Of a stretch of DNA of 64,000 nucleotides, positions 38,611-47,800 are shown in pieces. Position 1 is the stretch's first letter. The number at the start of each line of letters is the position of its first letter. The position numbers and the translations under genes are program-made. Under the pieces are notes generated by a model that was not told the origin of the DNA, did not search any database, and was given only the letters and a program-made list of their open reading frames with translations. The DNA is taken from positions 909-64,908 of the forward strand of contig JBAXTZ010000016.1 of NCBI GenBank assembly GCA_037129925.1, given 5' to 3'. This DNA comes from Bacillota bacterium (GTDB lineage Bacteria > Bacillota > Negativicutes > JBAXTZ01).

Positions 38611-38848
38611 ACTGTTTTGCTCCTTCTTCTCCGGATAATTCAAACAAATTATTCCAGACAACACTGTTCGCTGTGAACTGCTTAATAATTTGCTCCTGGT
38701 CAACAGCTGCAAAAACCATACTTTGACCACAAGACACACTAAGCTCCCTAGGCGTGGGGCGGAATTTCACTTTGACCCCGGCTGCAAGCAATAGTCGTTC
38801 AGCTTTAATAGCTTGATGAACTGACATAAACGTAATCAGCCGAGTCAT
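38570..38848 (-). CDS. DUF3343 family protein
   Basis: TFMSVHQAIKAE, PTPRELSVSCG. Confidence 0.85.
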   Translation of the reverse strand: MTRLITFMSVHQAIKAERLLLAAGVKVKFRPTPRELSVSCGQSMVFAAVDQEQIIKQFTANSVVWNNLFELSGEEGAKQYERIGNYQDYQLE

Positions 38849-39495
38849 ATCTTGATCACTCTGAAAGCTTCCAAAAGCTCCAAAGCGCTGTACATATTAC
38901 CGGGGTCTCCAACTGCTAATTTGTCTTTCAAATCGTAATAATCCAGACAAGTGCCGCAGGAAAGGATTTCTGTGCCGTTGGCGCTGATTTTTTGCAAAGT
39001 TTCAATATGCGCCGAACCTTCGCAAGTCAAAAACACCCCTTTATTCATAAATATCAAAGCTCTAGGCGCCGGGCGTTCGCTAATCGTAAACAACAACGAC
39101 CGCATCAACACCATTCCCAACTCCTCGTCGCCGTTACCAAGAACATTATCGGTAACGAGATAGACCGTATTTAGTTCAGAGTTATGAGTCCTGAGTCCTG
39201 AGTTACTATTTGCGAGTTCTGAGTTTTTAGTCCTGAGTCCTGAGTTTCCATCAGAAAACTCTGAACTCTGAACTCTGGACTCTGAACTGATAATATTAAT
39301 AATCCAATCCGCACCACTTTGCTTGGCTACAGCTTGGCAACCCAGGCTTTTCGCCAATTTGAGCACGTTGATTTTGGCGATTTCATTATCGACTAATACC
39401 GAAATTTCTGCATCGGTTGCCGCTTCCAGTGCTTTTTTTGTGGCAATCACCGGCAACGGGCATTTCATCCCCCGACAATCAAGCTTATTTGACAT
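38845..39495 (-). CDS. yedF: Selenium metabolism-associated sulfurtransferase-like protein (TusA/SirA + DsrE domains)
   Basis: LDCRGMKCPLPVI, LIFMNKGV, ILSCGTCLDYY, GNMY; next to selD. Confidence 0.85.
   Translation of the reverse strand: MSNKLDCRGMKCPLPVIATKKALEAATDAEISVLVDNEIAKINVLKLAKSLGCQAVAKQSGADWIINIISSESRVQSSEFSDGNSGLRTKNSELANSNSGLRTHNSELNTVYLVTDNVLGNGDEELGMVLMRSLLFTISERPAPRALIFMNKGVFLTCEGSAHIETLQKISANGTEILSCGTCLDYYDLKDKLAVGDPGNMYSALELLEAFRVIKI
39173..39288. repeat. In-frame heptamer repeat tract inside yedF
   Basis: (AGAGTTC)n then (GRACTCA)n on the coding strand, encoding SESRVQSSEF..NSGLRTKNSELANSNSGLRTHNSEL. Confidence 0.75.
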
Positions 39496-40510
39496 AAATT
39501 TCTCCATTCCCGATTTCAACTATTTCGCCAATAACCGCGGCGACGATACCAGCAGCCACCATCCGTTCGGTCATCAGCACCGCCTCGGCTTTCGACAGCG
39601 CGATAAGCAACCCCCCCGATGTTTGCGGGTCAAACAGTACATCGCGCAACGCCTCACTTACGCTGTCGGCAAAAGTCACCGCCTTGTAGTGCTGGCGGTT
39701 GCTGTACACCCCCGCCGGAACAAAACCCATTTCCGCAGCAGTTAAGGCATCGGCAAATATGGGCACCGCTGCCGAATCGAGAATCATCTTAACGCCACTG
39801 GCTTGGGTCAGCTCAAAAGTATGCCCTAACAAGCCAAACCCGGTAATATCGGTACAGGCATGTACCGCATAATCCGCCATAATTTCGGCGGCATATTTGT
39901 TGAGCCGCACCATCTCGGCATAAGCAATAGCCACGCTTTCCGAGAACAGCTCCGCCTGTGCAGCAGTTACCAACATACCGCTGCCGACCGGTTTGGTCAG
40001 CACCAGCGCGTCGCCAATCTTCGCGCCGCGGTTCGCCAGCACCTTGTCCGGATGGACAATGCCGGTAACGCTCAAACCGAATTTCGGTTCCTTGTCCTCG
40101 ATACTATGACCACCGGCAATAACCGCGCCGGCCTCGATACATTTTTCGGCGCCGCCCCGGAGAATTTCCGCAAGCGCCACTTTACCGAGCGTGCAGAGCG
40201 GAAAGGCGACAATATTCATCGCCGTAATCGGTCGTCCGCCCATAGCATAGACATCGCTCAGACTGTTCGCCGCGGCAATCTGTCCGAACAAATACGGATC
40301 ATCGACCGGCGGCGGAAAGAAATCCAACGTCTGGATAATCGCAATATCGTCGGTTAATTTATAAACCACAGCATCGTCGGAAGTATCCATCCCGACCAAA
40401 ACATTAGAATTATTCATTCGCGGCAACCCGGCCACGATTTCTGATAGAGCGCCCGGCTCTATCTTGGCCATTCAGCCACCGCCGGTAGTGAAATGAGTAA
40501 GCTTGACCAT
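39485..40510 (-). CDS. selD: Selenide, water dikinase, selenocysteine-containing (Sec13)
   Basis: True start ATG 40510: MVKLTHFTTGGG-U(TGA 40472-40474)-MAKIEPG. In-frame TGA sits at the catalytic Cys/Sec position; QTLDFF, AAANSLSDVYAMGG, TDITGFGLLGH, DPQTSGGLL. Confidence 0.93.
40443..40463 (-). promoter_or_regulatory. Putative bacterial SECIS hairpin
   Basis: GATAGAGC-CGGGC-GCTCTATC, starting 8 nt after the UGA, with G-rich apical loop. Confidence 0.7.
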
Positions 40511-40652
40511 ATATTTCAAATACATACCTTTCCAAAAATTATGCGTTTATTATAGCACAAATGCTTCGTAAAGATATTTCATTTTACTAATTTGCGTTTA
40601 TAGAGATAGTCTGTTTTCCGTATTGTAGAACTTATCGGCCAAAAATGCATAT

Positions 40653-40682
40653 AAAATAAAAACGCCCCCGGTTAAGGGGACG
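40653..40682 (-). terminator. Terminator downstream of the invasin-OMP unit
   Basis: CGTCCCC/GGGGGCG stem plus TTTTTATTTT. Confidence 0.6.
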
Positions 40683-40713
40683 AGCCAAATTTAATTTCGC
40701 GTGTTTTGGTTCG

Positions 40714-40977
40714 GTAGGGGCGCGGTTCGTCGCACCGTACATACTCGGGGAACAACGGAGACGGGCGGGAGAACCCCGCCCCTACAAAAATACAAAACCA
40801 ACGTGCATCGCGGTGTCAAATTCCACCGTCTGCCAATTCGATTTATCTTCCCACCGGTAAGGGCAAGCCCTTGTGGTTGCCCTTCCATATTCTGTGGTTG
40901 GTTACATTTTTGTATTCATTCACAAACGCATCTTTGAGGTGGCGCGGAGTGAGGGCTGGCACAAGGCCAGCCCCTAC
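40714..40977. repeat. Two inverted pairs of GTAG-type REPs (REPIN-like)
   Basis: 40714-40736 GTAGGGGCGCGGTTCGTCGCACC with 40763-40785 GGGCGGGAGAACCCCGCCCCTAC; 40857-40882 GTAAGGGCAAGCCCTTGTGGTTGCCC with 40953-40977 GGGCTGGCACAAGGCCAGCCCCTAC. Confidence 0.7.
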
Positions 40978-41046
40978 ACTGGAACGACCTTAACCTGTGA
41001 CGTTGTTTACTAAATTGTAAATGCGAATTGGCTTTTTTCGAATAAC

Positions 41047-41835
41047 TCAAAAACTCAACTTCACGCCACAGCTCATACCATATTCAGTGAAAGTCGCATC
41101 AGCCAAAACAAACTCCTGACCTGCTTGGACAAACGTCGTACTAGTTCCCAGCCCCCGTTTGTTGTAGGAAAACCACGGCGTGACATTCAAACTGATATTG
41201 TCGTTGAACCCGTAACTTATCGGCAGTGAAAGCCCGAAGCCAAAGCTGGTTTGAAGCTGGTCGAAAAAAACCGTTTCATTGTAGTTGGGCGACAAGTTCT
41301 CGGCCTTACTCAGAAAATTATAGCGGATCATAACATCTGCTTGCACCGACGACTTGCCGCTACGCAGCAAATCGTCGCAATATTCCAAAAATAGATAGTT
41401 GAACATCGATTGTTTCGGATAGACATCGAACACCGTAATAGTTATTCGCTCAAATCCATAGCCGGCGCGAATCTGTCCGTCACCATTAGTATGCAAGAGA
41501 TAACCCGCATACAAACGCGCGTTTTCTTTGGTTGTAGTTGCGGTCAACGGGTAGACATAAGCGCCGGATGTTCGTTCACCGGGAGTCTGCCCGCTGCCGT
41601 ACAGAAAGTCCAAGCCGAACAAAAACGGGGTGTCGGGCTGCCCGATATAAGCGCCCACTCGCGTCGAATTGAGGTTGCCCTGATATTGGGTGCTGGTAGG
41701 CGTTCCGTCTTCCAACTCCCCTTGAGAATAGTAAGTCAGGTTACTATAATCGTAGTCAGCGTAGATGGAGACAGAGGCGGAGGTTGAATTAGCTGAAAAC
41801 AATAATAGCAACAACAGACAGAAAACTTTTTTCAT
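41047..41835 (-). CDS. Outer-membrane beta-barrel protein
   Basis: Signal peptide, aromatic beta-strands, C-terminal YGMSCGVKLSF; resembles 19531-20331. Confidence 0.72.
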   Translation of the reverse strand: MKKVFCLLLLLLFSANSTSASVSIYADYDYSNLTYYSQGELEDGTPTSTQYQGNLNSTRVGAYIGQPDTPFLFGLDFLYGSGQTPGERTSGAYVYPLTATTTKENARLYAGYLLHTNGDGQIRAGYGFERITITVFDVYPKQSMFNYLFLEYCDDLLRSGKSSVQADVMIRYNFLSKAENLSPNYNETVFFDQLQTSFGFGLSLPISYGFNDNISLNVTPWFSYNKRGLGTSTTFVQAGQEFVLADATFTEYGMSCGVKLSF

Positions 41836-41852
41836 AAAGATTCATTGCTCGT

Positions 41853-44800
41853 TTACCAGTCGATAAACACCGTTCCGGTCGGGTCAATATCGTTAAACGA
41901 CATCGCACTTGAAACCACTGTCTTGCCGGCTTTTTCTGCCTTGAAGTAATACTTCGTAGTCTGGTTGCCATTATACCAAACTTTTATCGGAGTGATCAAT
42001 CCACCCGCGCTGGTCGTACCACAGACAACCCAGCCGGAAGATGCGTTCGACGATATTGATATTATGGCGTCGCTGACCATGTTAGAAGGATTTAACGCCT
42101 CGTGTACACCGACGAGAACGCTAGGTTTGTAATAAGCGCTCGGCCGCCACGCCGGATTTGTACCAGTACTGATAGTACGCGTCATTGATACCAAATTGTC
42201 GCCATAAACCGTTGCCGTCGGAACAAAGGCAAAGGTATATTGAGTACCAGCTGTGTTCGGCGGTAAGCAGTCGGTGAAGGTCGCCGCTCCTGATTGGGTT
42301 GCTCGTTCGACAACCGTTGCCCCCCAAGTAGCAGTGACTTTACCGGCTAACGCGGTGTTGACCCCAAAGTCGATAGTCACGTTAATGCTGCCGGGGTTGG
42401 GCTCGACATAGCCGGTAGCATTGCTGATTTCCGGAGTCGCTTCAGATAGCGCCAAAGGCGGACTAGTAATTACATTCTTTAGCGTGCCGCTAATATAAGC
42501 GCCTAAAGTATATGTTACCAATGGAATATTCAGGAAAGCCACTCCGCCTGATTGATAGGTTGTTGTCAGCGGATCGCCAGTAGGCGGAAACAAATTGACC
42601 GTTGAGCCATTAGCGATTTGGGTTGTTTTACTGGCATCCGTGTAAATCAGCAAACTTCGGATTGAACCATCTGACGGTGGTGCGGGCTTCGCAGGCCCAG
42701 TGATGGTCGCAGACTGGGGCACACCGATTTGAATAAGAACAGGGCTCGGGTTGCTTAGATAATCGGCTTCCGGGGTCGGCGGAAATGGATCTGCAACATC
42801 TTTTCTGATATAGACATACCATTCGCCCGAAGTCAGGGTTGAGAATTCGAAGTAACCGTTTACGTCGGTCACGCCAATTCGATAGTTACTAGAATTGGTT
42901 TTTGAAACAGCCTTGACCTCCCAGCCATACATTTTCGTTATACCGTCCGCGTAGCGAGCTGTTATACTGACTTTTCCGCTAGGTAACGGAATAACGAAAT
43001 TAGTATTTATGACAGTACCCGATACAGCGGTAACTTCCATAGTATATGTTTGTCCGGATATTACTGTAGAAACTGTGTAGCTACCGGGATTAACTCCGTA
43101 AAAATAGCCAATCCCGCTAGCATTTGTTGTTACGTTGAATGTCGTCAACCCTTGAGTGATGGTAATAGGCTGATTTGGTATGAGCACACCATTATCATAT
43201 TTCAGAGTAATAGCCAGATCACCTTTCAATGGATTAGTTGGTCCGGTGATTGCCACCGCGGTGCTGGCATTAGCCACTACTGTTATCGGGTTTCCCGTTG
43301 CCGGATAATCCACGCCGCTTATTGTCGCTTTCACTACATAGCTGCCGACATTCATTCCCGTGATCGTCGCTACTCCGGCTACTGTTGTTCCGGTATATGT
43401 CGCACTTCCGGTTGCCGTTACTACCGTTCCGTCCGGTACATTCGTTCCATCGGTGTACTTAACCGTCGCCGTGATTCCCGTCTTCAAAGGATTCGCCGGT
43501 CCGGTTATTGTCGCCGTTGTTACTACCCCGCCGCTTACTGTTACCGGATTCTCTGTTGCATTGTAATCTGTTCCGGCTATTGTTGCTTTTACGGTGTATT
43601 GTCCCAATAACATATTGCTTACTTGGGCTGTTCCGTTACTATTCGTTGTTCCGTTATAGGTCGTACCACTTCCTACAGGCGTTATTGTTACCGACGCTCC
43701 ATTGATCGCCGTTCCATCGGTATATTTAAATGTCGCGCTTACTGTTCCTTTAAGCGGATTGTTCTGTCCGGTTATTGTTGCAGTTGAATTGTGGTTTGCC
43801 GTTACCGCAATCGGATTCTCTGTTGCATTACATACGTTACCGCCTACCACCGCGCTCACGTTATAGGACGCACCCGGCGTAACGTTCATAATCTGCGCCA
43901 CTCCGCTACTATTAGTTGTCCCAGTAAATGCCGTGCCTCCGGCTACTGGCGTCGCGGACACTATTGTTCCGTTTACCGGTGTCTGATCGGTATATTTGAC
44001 CGTCGCCGTAATCCAGCCGTTTGCCGGATTGTTGGCGCTATTGATTGTTGCCGTTGCTATTGCGTTCGCTACAACTGTCACTGGATTCTCATTGGCATTA
44101 TAATCCGCGCTGTTTATGTTGGCTTTTACAACATAGCTGCCCGGATCCATGCTTAATATCGTTACTGTTCCGCTGGTCGTCGTTCCGGTGTAGACCTTCG
44201 TTCCAGTCGCCGTTACTAATGTTCCGTCCGGCACATTCGTTCCGTCGGTGTACTTCACCGTTGCCGTTATCCCAGTCTTTGTCGGATTCGCCGGTCCGGT
44301 TATCGTTGCTGCAGCCGTCTGTCCAACCGTTACTGCAACATTCGCTTGGTTATAGACCACGCTGTTGATTGTCACTGTCGCGGTATATGTTCCCGCAAGC
44401 AGTTGATTGAACGTCGCCACACTGCTGCCGTTGGTTACAGCTGTCGGATGGTTCACACCTGAAGTCATCGTCACTATCTGCCCGGCTCCGACCGGATCGC
44501 CATTGCTGTACGCTACCGTAATATTTGCGTAGCCATAACCCGGATTATTCGGTCCGGTTATCGCCACCGTAGCCGTCTGTCCGACAGCAACTACTGTCGG
44601 CACGCCGCTATACGGAGTTCCATTTATCGTCACGCTCGTTGAATACGTCGCAGCACTCAACCCTACGAAGCTCGCCACTCCGCTTCCATTGGTTGTCGCC
44701 TGTTTACTCGTTGCACCGTTATTCGCGGTTACTACCACTCCGCTCACCGCGGTATTATCTGTGTATGTCACCGTAACATTCAGCTGCCCGGTCTCCGGGT

Positions 44801-47800
44801 TGTTGCCGGTGGCTATTGCCACTGCGGTTATAACATTCGCAGCTACTGTTATCGGATTTCCCGTTGCCGGGTAATCCACGCCGCTTGTTGTCGCTTTCAC
44901 TACATAGCTGCCGACATTCATTCCCGTTATCGTCGCTACTCCGGCTACTGTTGTTCCGGTATATGTCGCACTGCCGGTCGCCGTTACTACCGTTCCTTCC
45001 GGCACGTTCGTTCCGTCGGTGTACTTAACCGTCGCCGTTATTCCAGTCTTCAACGGATTCGCCGGTCCGGTTATCGTTGCTGTCGACACGTTGCCGCCGC
45101 TCACTGTCACCGGATTCTCAGTCGCATTGTAATCTGTTCCGGCTATTGTTGCCTTGACGTTGTACTGTCCTAACAACATGTTGTCTTGTTGCACAACACC
45201 GTTGCTGTTCGTTGTTCCAGTGTAAGTCGTTCCCGCTCCGACCGGCGTCATCGTTACCGTCACGCCGCTCACGGCGTTTCCATCGGAATATTTTACTGTC
45301 GCGCTAACCGTTCCTTTGAGCGGATTGTTAGGCCCGGTTATCGTTGCCACTGCGTTCTGGTTCGCTACTACTAATACCGGATTCTGGCTGGCGTTGCACG
45401 GGCTGCTGCTTATCGTGGCGCTCACGTTGTATGCGCCTGGCACGATATTCAATATCTGCGCCACGCCGTTACTGCCGGTCGTCGCAATAAATGCCGCTCC
45501 TCCGGCTACCGGCGTTGCTGTTACGATGACTCCGTTTACCGGCGTTGTATCGGTATATTTAACTGTCGCCGTTATCCAGCCTTTGGACGGATTGTTCGCG
45601 CTATTGATTGTTGCTGTTGCTATTGCGTTTGCTACTACTGTTACCGGATTTTCATTGGCATTGTAATCCGCGCTGTTTATGTTGGCTTTTACAACATAGC
45701 TGCCCGGATCCATGCTTAATATCGTTACTGTTCCGCTGGTCGTCGTTCCGGTGTAGACCTTCGTTCCAGTCGCCGTTACTAATGTTCCGTCCGGCACATT
45801 CGTTCCGTCGGTGTACTTCACCGTTGCCGTTATCCCAGTCTTTGTCGGATTCGCCGGTCCGGTTATCGTCGCCAACGTTACTACTCCGCCATTAACTGTT
45901 ATCGGATTACCAGTTGCTTGATAATCTGTTCCCGCTAGCATAGCTTTTATGTTGTACTGCCCCAATAGCATATTATTTACTTGCGCCGTTCCGTTGCTAT
46001 CGGTCGTTCCGGTGTAGGTCGTTCCGCTTCCAACCGGCGTTATCGTAACCGCCGCTCCATTTATCGCCGTTCCATCAGTATACTTAAATGTCGCGCTTAC
46101 CGTTCCTTTAAGCGGATTGCTCGAGCCGGTTATTGTTGCAGTTGAATTGTGGTTGGCGGTTACTGCTACCGGATTCTCGCTGGCATAACATACGTTTCCA
46201 CCGACTACCGCGCTCACGATATATGATGCACCAGCGGTAATGTTCAAAATCCGCGCTATTCCGCTACCATTCGTCGTACCAGTAAATGCCGTGCCCCCTA
46301 CTACCGGTGTTGCAGATACTATTGTTCCGTTTACCGGTGTCTGGTCGGTAAATTTTACTGTCGCGGTTATCCAGCCCTTGTCAGGATTGTTAATGCTGTT
46401 AATCGTTGCTGTCGCCATGGCATTGGCTACTACTGCTACCGGATTCTCGTTGGCATTGTAATCCACATAGTCAAATGTTGCTTTCACAACATAGTTGCCA
46501 ACAGTCATACCAGTGAATGTCGCAATTCCGGCAACTGTCCTTTGAGAATATGTCGTGTTGCCGGTCGCAGTCACTAGCGTTCCATCCTGCACGCTTGTTC
46601 CGTCGGAATATTTCACGGTCGCCGTTATTCCGGTCTTTGCCGGATTCGCCGGTCCGGTTATCGTCGCCATCGCAACTACACCGCCGCTCACCGTCACCGG
46701 ATTCTCGGTCGCATTGTAAATTATTCCGGCGATTGTTGCATTTACGTTGTATTGTCCCAATAGCATGTTGCTTACTTGGGCAGTTCCGTTGCTGTTCGTC
46801 GTGCCGGTATAGGTTGTTCCACTGCCTACCGGCGTAATTGTTACCGCCGCGCCATTGACCGCAGTTCCGTCGGTATATTTAACGGTCGTACTCACCGTCC
46901 CCTTATTCGGATTACTGGTGCCGATTATTGTTGCCGTCACATTGTGATTTTCAATTACTTCCAGCGGATTTTCGCTGGCATTTGCGACTATGCCGCCTAC
47001 TACCGCACTAACGTTATACATTCCCGGAGCCATGTTCAATATTTGTGCAACACCGTTACTTCCGGTTGTTCCACTATATATCTTCCCGCTGGTCAACAAA
47101 GTAGCGGATACAGTCGTTCCGGCTACCGGTGTCAGATCGGAATATTTTACTGTCGCCGTTATCCAGCCATACGCCGGGTTGTTGGCGCTGTTTATCGTTG
47201 CTGAAGAAATTGCATTGGCTGCTACCGCTATCGGATTCTCGTTGGCGGCGTAATCCGCGCCGCCGATGTTCGCTTTCACCACATAGTTGCCAACACTCAT
47301 TCCGGTTATTGTCGCTACTCCGGCTACTGTCGTTCCAGTATATACCGTACTTCCGGTTGCTGTCACCACCGTTCCATCCGGCACATTCGTTCCATCGGTG
47401 TACTTAACCGTCGCCGTGATTCCCGTCTTCAACGGATTTGCCGGTCCGGCTATCGTCGCCACTGCCGTATTCCCAACGGTCACTCCAATGTTCAACTGGC
47501 TGTATGTTCCACCGCTTATCGTCACCGACGCTGTGTATGTCCCAGCAAGCAACTGCGTAAACGCCGCAACACTGCTGCCATTGGTTACTGCTGTCGGATG
47601 GTTCGCTCCCGCGGTCATCGTTACAGTCTGTCCGGCTCCGACCGGATCGCCATTGCTGTAGGCTACTGTGATATTCGCATAGCCATAACTCGGGTTGTTC
47701 GGTCCGGTTATCGCCACTTCGGCCGTCTGTCCGACAGCAACTACTGTCGGTGCACCACTATACGGCACACTGTTTATCGTCACGCTCGTCGAATACGTCC

